From Candidatus Woesearchaeota archaeon (GTDB lineage: Archaea > Nanobdellota > Nanobdellia > SCGC-AAA011-G17 > GW2011-AR18): 62,706 bases of DNA. The stretch spans positions 1 to 62,706 of the forward strand of contig CAZCCK010000005.1 of assembly GCA_964497265.1 (NCBI GenBank), read 5' to 3'. The translations under genes were made by a program, and so were the position numbers. The first letter of the stretch is position 1, and each line of letters starts with the position of its first letter. Shown piece by piece: positions 29,620-38,004 of this stretch. The notes beneath the pieces were generated by a model. That model ran no database searches. It was not told the origin of the DNA and was given only the letters and a program-made list of their open reading frames with translations.

Positions 29620-30870
29620 TTATTTCTTCACTTGTGCTGTTCCAATCAAGCGCCAGCGTGTTCCGATCCTGCGAGAAATAGCAATTTTTGCTCCTTCTTC
29701 GGCGCATACAGGTCTTTTTAATTTTAAATAGATTTTATTCTTCTCTAAGCTTAAAACAATACCTGCCGTGGTAGAAGAGTTTACGTTAAGCATTAACGGT
29801 TCTCCTTTCTTAATTGGATCTACTTTAAGTTCTTCCTTAGAGCCAACTACTCTTTGTAGTAGTTTGGGTTCTATTTTGAGTTCGGTCCAAATTGGAGGGA
29901 GTTTTCCAGGTAAGCCTACAAGTGTTCCAGAGAGTTGGTCTGATTTAACAATGGAAGGATCCAGGTAAGTTAAAACTGCAATAGAGCCGCCTGGATGTAC
30001 TTGTTCTACACTTTTGCCTCCTGTTTTTAAGTCAACGATTTCTGCTTTGATGCTGATCCATTTTTCTTGGCCTTTTTCTGTGATTGCGCGTCCTGGAGAA
30101 ATTTCTATTTTGTCTCCGATTTTTAAGATGCCTTGTTTGAGCGAGCCTCCGAGGACTCCGCCTACGATTGCGCTGATTCCAGTTCCAGGTTTATTGATGT
30201 CAAAAGAGCGGGCGACAAACATGATGGGTTCTTTGTTTGGATCTCGAATTGGTGTGGGAATGCGTTCTTCAATCGCTTCAAAAATATAATTTAAATTAAC
30301 TTTGTGTAATGCAGAGATAGGTATGACTGGCGCGTTTTCTGCGATTGTTCCTTTGACAAAGTCTTTGATTTGTTTGTAATTTTTCAAAGCTTCTTCTTTG
30401 CTTACTAAATCAATTTTGTTTTGGATGATGAGAATGTTTTTTATTCCAATGACTTCTAGTGCCATTAAATGCTCTTTAGTTTGTGGTTGGGGGCATTCTT
30501 CGTTTGCAGCCACGAGGAGTAATGCTCCGTCCATGATTGCTGCTCCTGAAAGCATTGTTGCCATCAAGGTTTCATGTCCTGGTGCGTCTACAAAGGAAAG
30601 CATTCGTTTTGCTTCTGCCTTTTCGCAACATTTTTTTGGGCTAATCTTGTGTTCTGGGCAATGATAGAGGGTGATGTCTGCGTATCCTAGTTTGATGGTA
30701 ATTCCTCTTTTGACTTCTTCTGAGTGAGTGTCTGTCCATTTTCCAGAGAGTCTTTCTAGAAGGGTGGTTTTACCGTGGTCTACATGGCCGATCAATCCAA
30801 CATTAATCTCAGGTTGACTTATTTGCACGCTTTCTTCAGTTTTTATTTTTGTTTTTTCTTTTGTACTCAT
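29620..30870 (-). CDS. eif2g: translation initiation factor aIF2 gamma subunit
   Basis: GTPase motifs GHVDHGKTTL, DAPGHE and NKID. Domain II/III pattern typical of aIF2-gamma. 416 aa. Confidence 0.95.
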   Translation of the reverse strand: MSTKEKTKIKTEESVQISQPEINVGLIGHVDHGKTTLLERLSGKWTDTHSEEVKRGITIKLGYADITLYHCPEHKISPKKCCEKAEAKRMLSFVDAPGHETLMATMLSGAAIMDGALLLVAANEECPQPQTKEHLMALEVIGIKNILIIQNKIDLVSKEEALKNYKQIKDFVKGTIAENAPVIPISALHKVNLNYIFEAIEERIPTPIRDPNKEPIMFVARSFDINKPGTGISAIVGGVLGGSLKQGILKIGDKIEISPGRAITEKGQEKWISIKAEIVDLKTGGKSVEQVHPGGSIAVLTYLDPSIVKSDQLSGTLVGLPGKLPPIWTELKIEPKLLQRVVGSKEELKVDPIKKGEPLMLNVNSSTTAGIVLSLEKNKIYLKLKRPVCAEEGAKIAISRRIGTRWRLIGTAQVKK

Positions 30871-30926
30871 TTTGTGAAATTCAGAAAAGGGATTGGATTT
30901 ATAAACCTTGTTTATTGAAGAAAAGT

Positions 30927-31250
30927 ATGCTTATTAAAAGTAAAAGCGGCGTTTTCGAAGTAGCCAGTTGCACGTCTTTTTTAAGTAAATTAAAAGGATT
31001 AATGTTTTCTAAAAAGCCGGAGAATGATGGTTTGTTATTTGCTTTTGAAAGGGAGGTTTTTTCTTCGCTGCATATGTTTTTTGTGTTTTTCCCAATAGAT
31101 ATTGTTTATGTAAATAAAGAGAAAGTTATTTTAGAAATTAAACGAAAGGTAAAGCCTTTCACACCTTTAATTCTGGGACCAAAGGCAAAGTATATTTTAG
31201 AGCTTAAAGATGCTAAATCTTTAAAAGTAGGTGAGAAACTTTCTTTTTGA
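30927..31250 (+). CDS. DUF192-family protein
   Basis: Start moved to M27. KLKGLMFSKK...DGLLFAF...PIDIVYVNKEKVI matches the DUF192 pattern (GLM.r...GmlF......PLDi.f.d). Confidence 0.6.
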   Translation: MLIKSKSGVFEVASCTSFLSKLKGLMFSKKPENDGLLFAFEREVFSSLHMFFVFFPIDIVYVNKEKVILEIKRKVKPFTPLILGPKAKYILELKDAKSLKVGEKLSF

Positions 31251-31336
31251 TGTTGATTATTCAACCTTCTTTGGAGAGTATCGCTTCACAGGTGTATGAT
31301 TTTACAAGACCAGGTATTATTTCCTTAAAAGGTGTT

Positions 31337-32713
31337 TTAAAAGAAGAAATCAGATTCAAATCCTTCTGGTTCTTCTGCTACTCGTTGTTGGGGATGATAA
31401 CGTTCAAGGAGTTCTCCAAGAGGGCTAAACGTGTAAGTGGTGTGGGTAAGAGGTGTCTCAAATGGATTATCGACTGTGGATAAAATCGAATTTCCTTTTA
31501 TTTTTACAAGAGCGTAAGTTGTGGAGTTAGGGAGTTGGTGGGATTTTCTCCAGACGTAAAATCCCAGTTTTCTTAATCCTTGGGGTAATTGTGGCGGAAG
31601 TTTTATTTTTTTCTGATCCCTTAAAGAGGTGTAAATTTGTTCATAGTCCTCTTGTTTATAGCGTAATCCCATGATTGGGAGTTTGAAAGGTGTCGTTATT
31701 TGAATGGTAGGTTTTAATTCTTCTTCGGTTATTCCAGCTTGTTTTATTCTTTTATTTAAGTCTTCTAGTGTTGCTTCTTTAAATGCGGTAAGTTCTTTCA
31801 TTCTTTGTGCAGCAGGTTTAGCTTGTTGGTAGAGTTGCATCATAGTGGTATGGGCTTTTTCTAAAACTCTCGGATAGTTTGCGAAAGGGAGGAGAAAGTT
31901 GTGATATGCCGTCGGATCTCGAATAAGGACTCTTTGTTGTTTTTTCGCATAGTTGATGCAGGTTCGAAGAAGGGTGAGTAGCGGGGAAACAACACTTCCG
32001 TCTTTTTTAGGATAGGTATAATCTAGCAAGAATCTTTCAAGACTTTCTGAATTTGTTTTGTCTTTTTTATCCTCTTCTGAAGCGAATTCGAAGAAACCAC
32101 CTTGCGTTTCAGCTCTCCAGCGTTCAATATCCGCAAGTTTGTTGAGAACAATCTGGTAAGTAAACGTGTCGCCGTATGCTCTTTGTTTTTTCCGATAATC
32201 TCGAGTTTCTTTAACGTTGTCATCAAAGAATCTCTGTAAAGAAGGATCAGAAAGCGTTAAGTCCAGAGCGGTGTGGGCAAAGTTTGCTTCCCTGTTGGGG
32301 TAAGTAATACTGATAACTTTTCCATTTTGAGCCTCTTTAGTAAACTTTTGAGAACGTTGATGTCTACTAAAAGAAAGAAGAATTGCGGCAAGAGTTTCGT
32401 AAAGTTTTTCTGTATATTCGCTAGAAAGTTCTGATCTTAGGGTTGGGGTTGGCAAAGGATGGGTTTTTGTTCGTTCGGCCTGTTTTCTAAACCACCTAAG
32501 TGTGCCGTAGATTTCGCTTGTTCCGCAAGGAGAATTCAAGATAAATCCGAGGGGATATGGTTGTAAAAATTCGGAGATAAATGAGTTATAAAGTGGAAGT
32601 CCTTCCCAAGAGGTAAAGGTTCGTTCACCGTATGCTGTAGGTTCACCGAAAGTTACTCCAGATGGAGTAATTTTAATCAGGTGTCCACGAGCAAGAGTTT
32701 CTTCAAGATTCAT
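31337..32713 (-). CDS. hypothetical protein (458 aa) with acidic-aromatic C-terminus
   Basis: Start moved to M30 (MNLEETLARG). The upstream 29 codons look like translated AT-rich spacer. Ends in EEPEGFESDFFF. No family recognised. Confidence 0.55.
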   Translation of the reverse strand: MNLEETLARGHLIKITPSGVTFGEPTAYGERTFTSWEGLPLYNSFISEFLQPYPLGFILNSPCGTSEIYGTLRWFRKQAERTKTHPLPTPTLRSELSSEYTEKLYETLAAILLSFSRHQRSQKFTKEAQNGKVISITYPNREANFAHTALDLTLSDPSLQRFFDDNVKETRDYRKKQRAYGDTFTYQIVLNKLADIERWRAETQGGFFEFASEEDKKDKTNSESLERFLLDYTYPKKDGSVVSPLLTLLRTCINYAKKQQRVLIRDPTAYHNFLLPFANYPRVLEKAHTTMMQLYQQAKPAAQRMKELTAFKEATLEDLNKRIKQAGITEEELKPTIQITTPFKLPIMGLRYKQEDYEQIYTSLRDQKKIKLPPQLPQGLRKLGFYVWRKSHQLPNSTTYALVKIKGNSILSTVDNPFETPLTHTTYTFSPLGELLERYHPQQRVAEEPEGFESDFFF

Positions 32714-32847
32714 AAGAAAGGTTATTTTGAAAAATAATAAAAGCTTAACTCTTAAAATAATAAAGAAAGACGAGTAAGTCCACAGTTTTTTTTTCAACAT
32801 TGGTTAAAGGAAGAAAGCTTTAAATAAAATTAAAGTAAAGTAAGAAT

Positions 32848-33156
32848 ATGTTTAAAAGAGGTTTAGCTGAATCAAAAACGAGAGAGTTTAGGGTGCTTTG
32901 GCTTGAGGAAGAGATAAAGCGTTTAGAAGAGGAAATCCCCGCTTTTAAAAAATCGTTAAAAAAGTCAAAAGATCCGTACACTCCAAAGAATGAAGCTATT
33001 TTTTTAAAAATTTCAAATCAGATTTTAGAAATGAGGGAAGAGTTTGAGAGTTTAGAGAAAAATAAAGAAGTAAAAGAGAGAATTGGTAATCTGAAAAAGA
33101 AAATTAAAAATATATTGAAAGAAAAGAATTTTAGTGCATATGCAAAGAAGCTATAG
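32848..33156 (+). CDS. hypothetical Lys/Glu-rich coiled-coil protein (102 aa)
   Basis: A TATA-like CTTTAAATAA lies ~22 nt upstream of the ATG. Heptad-like composition. Confidence 0.45.
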   Translation: MFKRGLAESKTREFRVLWLEEEIKRLEEEIPAFKKSLKKSKDPYTPKNEAIFLKISNQILEMREEFESLEKNKEVKERIGNLKKKIKNILKEKNFSAYAKKL

Positions 33157-33549
33157 TCGTCCTAGTTTTTCTTCTATTTCACGTAGTTCGTCGTTAAGTC
33201 TGTCCACTTCGGTGGAGCTTTTTTTCGTAGCAACTTTAACTGGTTTAACCACTTCTGGTTTTGGTTCTTCAACTTTTTTAACTACGGACTTTTTCGCATG
33301 GACTTCTTCATGAGGAATAACTGGGAAGCGATCTTCGTTAAATTCTTTAGAAAGGCGTTTGATTTCTTTCATTTCTCGATGTAAATAACGAAGGGTTTTG
33401 AGTTTTTTATTTTTTAAAGCGACGAATTCTTCATAATCTTTCAAAAGTTTTGTCGCGTCAATAGCCGCGGAGAGAATTTCTTTGCGGAGCATGATTGGCT
33501 GTTCAATCAGCATATGGACTGGTGCTTTTTTCTGCTTTGGTTGTTTCAT
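33151..33549 (-). CDS. hypothetical coiled-coil protein (132 aa)
   Basis: Has a 4-nt overlap (ATGA) with the upstream ORF 33546-34007. The helical core (IDATKLLKDYEEFVALKNKKLKTLRYLHREMKEIKRL) resembles that of its partner. Confidence 0.55.
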   Translation of the reverse strand: MKQPKQKKAPVHMLIEQPIMLRKEILSAAIDATKLLKDYEEFVALKNKKLKTLRYLHREMKEIKRLSKEFNEDRFPVIPHEEVHAKKSVVKKVEEPKPEVVKPVKVATKKSSTEVDRLNDELREIEEKLGRL

Positions 33550-34007
33550 GCTTCGAATAAGCTTTGGTCGATGGTAAGGAGCTTATCTTTAACTGCAGTA
33601 AGTTCTGATTTCCAGCTTTCGAGTTTTTTGCTTTCTTCGTCTCTGATGTCTTCGAGGGAATGTAAGACTTCTTCTGCTTCTGCGATTTTAGCCTTTAGGG
33701 TGTCAATAGCGCGTAATGCTTCTTTATAGTGGTCTATTTTGATGAAAAGTGGTTTTTCTTCGCCAGAAGAAGTGTAAGGTGCTGATTTTGAGGCTACGGT
33801 GGGCATAACCTTTTTTTCGCGTACTGGGATGTCCATTTCGTCGCTTCTAGTAACCTCTTTTTTCAGGTCGCTGATGCTTGCTTCGTAGTGGGGTAATTCC
33901 GGTACTTCTTGCTCTGCAGAAGGGAATTCTGGTAAGCTTGGTAAGCGTTCAAAATCAAGTCTAGAGGGCTTTTTGTCTTCTTTTTTACCTAGTCCAAATA
34001 GTGCCAT
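33546..34007 (-). CDS. hypothetical protein with amphipathic N-terminus, Pro-rich linker and coiled coil (153 aa)
   Basis: MALFGLGKK start, LPSLPEFPSAEQEVPELP linker, and C-terminal FIKIDHYKEALRAIDTLKAKIAEAEEVLHSLEDIRDEE coiled coil. Confidence 0.55.
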   Translation of the reverse strand: MALFGLGKKEDKKPSRLDFERLPSLPEFPSAEQEVPELPHYEASISDLKKEVTRSDEMDIPVREKKVMPTVASKSAPYTSSGEEKPLFIKIDHYKEALRAIDTLKAKIAEAEEVLHSLEDIRDEESKKLESWKSELTAVKDKLLTIDQSLFEA

Positions 34008-34160
34008 GGGTGAGTCTCCGTTTTTCTAATAAAAGGATCTTAAGATTGACCCCTTAAAAGCTTTTTTTACCATTGGTGAAGGGTGAAAAAGAGCTAAAAT
34101 GGAAATGTTTAAATACCTTATTCCCCCAAAATTAAGTAATGCTTCTGTGCCTCAAAAACA

Positions 34161-34739
34161 ATGAAGATAACCCAAAAACAGATAGAGGATATGATTGTCG
34201 AGATAGCCGGTCCCGAGGGCTTACCGATCTACAAATCCTTGAAAGATAAAGAGAATGTGAACGAGTTTCTTATAGCTGAAAAACTAAAATTAACCATTAA
34301 TCAAATCCGTAATGTTTTGTACAAATTTGATGCTCATAATCTAGTCACTTCTACCCGTAAGAAAGATCGTAAAAAGGGCTGGTATATCTATTTTTGGACG
34401 TTCTTGCAAGAAAGGGCTGAAAGAGTCTATATTGATCTTAAGAAAGCAAGGATTAAGCAGCTTGAAACTCGTTTAGAAAGAGAAAGAGCCAACCAGTTTT
34501 ATTTGTGCCTGAATAAAGATACTCGAACAAGTGTTGAGAACGCGATGGAAAATCAGTTCATGTGTACTGAATGCGGTCAATTGATGATTCCGGAGGATAA
34601 TACTAAGACTATTAATAGGATTGCGGAAGAGAGTAAGTTCCTTAAAGCTGAAGTTGAGAAACTTGATGTAGCAAAGCCTATTCTGGTTGAGGAAGAAGTA
34701 GTTGTAGTAGAAAGTAAGAAAAAACCTAAGAAAAAGTAG
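34161..34739 (+). CDS. tfe: transcription factor E (TFE alpha / TFIIE-alpha homolog)
   Basis: Winged-helix N-terminus (NEFLIAEKLKLTINQIRNVLYKFDAHNLV...KKGWYIYFW). Partial zinc-ribbon region (CTECGQLM). Confidence 0.75.
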   Translation: MKITQKQIEDMIVEIAGPEGLPIYKSLKDKENVNEFLIAEKLKLTINQIRNVLYKFDAHNLVTSTRKKDRKKGWYIYFWTFLQERAERVYIDLKKARIKQLETRLERERANQFYLCLNKDTRTSVENAMENQFMCTECGQLMIPEDNTKTINRIAEESKFLKAEVEKLDVAKPILVEEEVVVVESKKKPKKK

Positions 34740-34740
34740 A

Positions 34741-35301
34741 TTAGAAGAGCATTCTAAAGAAAGGTTCAAAGACTTTATAGCCATCTAGGGGTGGAATTGG
34801 GATCATGTTGAACAAAAAGAGCATTCTGTTCATGTTTTTCATTAAGGTTAATACAAGGGCTTGGTTGTGAGTCATGTTTTTGCTTTTTTTAAGTAAAAGC
34901 GCGCAGCCCAGCCAGAGAAGAAGGTTTATGAAAGGTCCTGCGAAGGCGCTTAAAGAGCTTTGAAAACTATTCGCTCCATTAATAACGACATATCCTGGTG
35001 CGAGCAAAAGAAAGCTAGAGTTAATCGCTTTTAGAATAATTCCAATTGCAAGACCTAGTGGAAAAATTTGATAGGTTGCTTCTAGTCCGAAGCTTAATGC
35101 GGTAAATTTGTGGGCTAATTCGTGAAGGATAATTCCTGGAGAGGCGATTAATGCAGAATAAAGAAAGTCTTTAAGGTCAAAGCGTTTGTACTGCTTTAAA
35201 GGATCTGTCTCGTATCTTCGAAGTGAGCCTGAAAAGATATATCCTAGGGCTGCGACAGTCAAAAGTAATTGTAGGATTTCTCCAAAAGAAATAATGCTCA
35301 T
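34741..35301 (-). CDS. M50-family (site-2 protease-like) membrane metalloprotease
   Basis: HELAHKF (HExxH) inside a TM helix and NMIPIPPLDG near the C-terminus. Confidence 0.75.
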   Translation of the reverse strand: MSIISFGEILQLLLTVAALGYIFSGSLRRYETDPLKQYKRFDLKDFLYSALIASPGIILHELAHKFTALSFGLEATYQIFPLGLAIGIILKAINSSFLLLAPGYVVINGANSFQSSLSAFAGPFINLLLWLGCALLLKKSKNMTHNQALVLTLMKNMNRMLFLFNMIPIPPLDGYKVFEPFFRMLF

Positions 35302-35393
35302 AAAGCAAATAAGGTACTTTTCTTATTAAAGGTTTTGTTCTTTTAGACTAGAAAGCTTTAAAAATAATGGGGGAATGCTCAGAGTGAAAGAAA

Positions 35394-35957
35394 ATGTACA
35401 AATATGTTTCAAAGTTAAATAAATCTCGCCCCGAGGCTTTTGTTCTTTTGCAAAGACAGCGTCAGATTGATTGGCGTGCTGAATCTGCGATTCATCAGAT
35501 TGAGTATCCTACTAATGTTGCTCGTGCTCGTTCTTTAGGGTATAGGGCTAAACAGGGAATTGTTCTTGTTCGTGTTCGTGTTCCTCGTGGAGGAAAGCAA
35601 AGACCAAGTATTCGGCACGGTAGAAGAAGTAGAAATCTTGGTCAGAATTTTGTAATGGGAAAGAATTTTCAGTGGATTGCTGAAGAAAGGGCAAATAAGC
35701 GTTTTAATAATTTGGAAGTTTTAAATTCTTATAATGTTGGAAAAGACGGTTTGCATTATTGGTTTGAAGTTATTATGATTGATCCGCATCATCCTGCTGT
35801 TAAGAAAGATCCTAAACTGAAGAATTTTACAAGAACAGGAAGAGTTTATAGGGGTATTACTTCTGCGGGTAGAAAATCTCGTGGTTTAATGTATTCTGGA
35901 AAGGGCGCTGAAAAGGTTCGTCCAAGTTTAAATGCGCATAAGGATCAAGCGAAGTAA
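35394..35957 (+). CDS. rpl15e: ribosomal protein L15e (eL15)
   Basis: MYKYVSKLNK...ARARSLGYRAKQGIVLVRVRVPRGG...RPSLNAH is a typical eL15 sequence. Confidence 0.95.
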   Translation: MYKYVSKLNKSRPEAFVLLQRQRQIDWRAESAIHQIEYPTNVARARSLGYRAKQGIVLVRVRVPRGGKQRPSIRHGRRSRNLGQNFVMGKNFQWIAEERANKRFNNLEVLNSYNVGKDGLHYWFEVIMIDPHHPAVKKDPKLKNFTRTGRVYRGITSAGRKSRGLMYSGKGAEKVRPSLNAHKDQAK

Positions 35958-36000
35958 TTTTCTAGAAAGTTTTATTAAAGGGAAAGTAGAAAGTTATTCT

Positions 36001-36471
36001 ATGGGTTTTTTTAGTTGGATCAAATCGTTATTTGGGAACGTTCAGTCTAAAGGGGTAGATGGGAAAATTTTGTATGCTGGCTCGTCTTCTTTTGTTAAAC
36101 GTGTATGTAAAGATACAGGGATGACTTTGGATGATGTTTCGATAGGTAAGGAGAGTGGATATAGTTTTGTTACCTATAAAATTTATGTCACTCAAGGAGA
36201 TGCTGGGGAAGTGGTGATTGGACCTGATTTAAAAAATTTGAAAAGTGTTAAGCTTTATCTCAACTTTGGACTGGGCGAGCGAAACATGCAAGATCCAAAA
36301 ACCGTTATTTCTAATCGTGTTAAGCTTGGAGAAATTAGCTCAGCAGAAGAATTGGCTGCCGCTTTAACGAGCCAAGAAGGAAAAATTAAAGGTATTTTAA
36401 TTAAGGCGCCTATGCAACTTGATGCTTTAAGAGCAAGACAAAATCTTAGGAAAAAACATCTTAAGGAATAA
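36001..36471 (+). CDS. hypothetical protein (156 aa)
   Basis: Start moved to M24 (MGFFSWIKSLFG) to remove the overlap with rpl15e. Confidence 0.5.
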   Translation: MGFFSWIKSLFGNVQSKGVDGKILYAGSSSFVKRVCKDTGMTLDDVSIGKESGYSFVTYKIYVTQGDAGEVVIGPDLKNLKSVKLYLNFGLGERNMQDPKTVISNRVKLGEISSAEELAAALTSQEGKIKGILIKAPMQLDALRARQNLRKKHLKE

Positions 36472-36675
36472 TTATTTTACAGAAATTTTAATGTCTGAGC
36501 CTTTGACTGTTTTTCTTCCAGAGTGTTGTGCTATTCTTACTGCTTTTTCTCCGATTTGTTCGCCGTAGGTTTCAAGAAGTTCTTTCATTGCTTCTTTAGC
36601 GTCTTCTGAGACTCTTTCTGCTCCGCATTTTTTCAAGAGTTTTTCCATTGCGGCTAGGGGAATTATTTTACTCAT
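36472..36675 (-). CDS. archaeal histone (HMf family)
   Basis: 67-aa histone fold: IPLAAMEKLLKK.GAERVSEDA...AVRIAQHSGRKTVKGSDIK. Confidence 0.9.
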   Translation of the reverse strand: MSKIIPLAAMEKLLKKCGAERVSEDAKEAMKELLETYGEQIGEKAVRIAQHSGRKTVKGSDIKISVK

Positions 36676-36714
36676 AAATCCTTTTTCTCTTCTTACTTTT
36701 ATAAAGGTTGTGTT

Positions 36715-36948
36715 TTAAAGGATTTTTATCTTCTTTGAAGTGAGAAGTGCGACAAGAATAAGAATTAAGATAAAAAGAAGAAGGAAACTCAAAAGCGCGG
36801 AAAGAAAGATAAAGAGTAAAACTAAACAAACTGGAATAAGAGCCGCGTATAAAATTCTTTTCTCTAAAGGAATGCGAGAGCTCATTTTGAGAAAGATCAT
36901 AATTGCGATTCCTACGCCAACAAAGAAAATAATCTGAGTAATGCTCAT
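36715..36948 (-). CDS. small membrane protein (77 aa)
   Basis: Two or three hydrophobic helices. The antisense ORF 36740-36937 is Arg/Lys-rich and likely spurious. Confidence 0.4.
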   Translation of the reverse strand: MSITQIIFFVGVGIAIMIFLKMSSRIPLEKRILYAALIPVCLVLLFIFLSALLSFLLLFILILILVALLTSKKIKIL

Positions 36949-36984
36949 GAAAATCTATATATACTCTGGATTATAAGCTTTGTT

Positions 36985-38004
36985 ATGATTCCTGAAAGCG
37001 AATTAAATCAAGCAAGATCTTTTTTGGAAAAAGCACAAAATCCGGTATTTGTGTATGATAAAGATACTGATGGATTGTGTGCGTATGTGCTTGCGAGAAA
37101 GTTTTGTAAGATGAAAGGATCTGGTTTGGCTTTGCAAACGTCACCAAAGTTAGATGTGGATAGTTTAGACAGTGTTTTGGAATTAAATCCAGATCTTCTG
37201 GTTGTGTTGGACGTGCCAATTATTAGTCAGGATTTTATTAATCGGATTTCTGTTCCTATTTTGTGGTTTGATCATCATCCTTTGGTGGAGAGAACGAAAG
37301 TACATTATCTTAATCCGCGTAAATGGAACGCTGAAAGTACACATCCCACTACCTATTTGGTTTGGAAGGTGACGCAAGGCGATTTGTGGATTGCGACTGT
37401 TGGTTCTTTGTCTGATTGGTTTATTCCCGATTTTTTAGCGCAGTTTAAGAAAAAGTATCCTTCTTTTTTAAAGAGAGAGAAAGATCCGGGTAAGATTTTG
37501 TTTAAAACTCCTTTTGGAGAATTAGTGAAGGTTATTTCTTTTATTCAGAAAGGAAAACCTAATGAAGTAAAGAAGCTAATAAACTTATTTTTTAAGATTG
37601 AAGATCCAAAAGAGATCGTAGAACAAACGTCAGAATCGGGTACTCTTATTTGGCAGCATGCGCAGCATTTAAAGAAAGAATTTGATGCGCTGTTGGCGAG
37701 TGCAAAAGAGAGAGGGAAGAAAAAGATGTTGGTTTTCATTTATGATTCTAAAACGAGTTTTACAAAGGAACTGTCTAATGAGTTAAGCTTTTTATATCCA
37801 AAGAAATTTATTATTGTTGGTCGTGAAAAGGGTGATTCGCTAAAAATGAGTATGAGGGCTTCTTTTATCAAAATCCCGCAGGTTTTAGAAAAAGCATTAG
37901 TAAACGTAAGGGGGTATGGTGGTGGTCATGATTACGCGTGTGGTGGTTCTGTTATGAAAGAGGATTTTGAAAGGTTTGTTCAAAATATTGAGGAGCAGTT
38001 ATGA
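36985..38004 (+). CDS. DHH/DHHA1-family phosphoesterase (RecJ/NrnA-like)
   Basis: Motifs DKDTDG, VVLDVP, WFDHHP and GSLSDW. DHHA1 motif GGGHDYACGG. Confidence 0.8.
   Translation: MIPESELNQARSFLEKAQNPVFVYDKDTDGLCAYVLARKFCKMKGSGLALQTSPKLDVDSLDSVLELNPDLLVVLDVPIISQDFINRISVPILWFDHHPLVERTKVHYLNPRKWNAESTHPTTYLVWKVTQGDLWIATVGSLSDWFIPDFLAQFKKKYPSFLKREKDPGKILFKTPFGELVKVISFIQKGKPNEVKKLINLFFKIEDPKEIVEQTSESGTLIWQHAQHLKKEFDALLASAKERGKKKMLVFIYDSKTSFTKELSNELSFLYPKKFIIVGREKGDSLKMSMRASFIKIPQVLEKALVNVRGYGGGHDYACGGSVMKEDFERFVQNIEEQL

Noticed and set aside
31247-31483. 78-aa + strand ORF after the DUF192 gene.
   Set aside because: Most of it is antisense to the 3' end of the 458-aa gene (31337-32713), and it has no independent signals.
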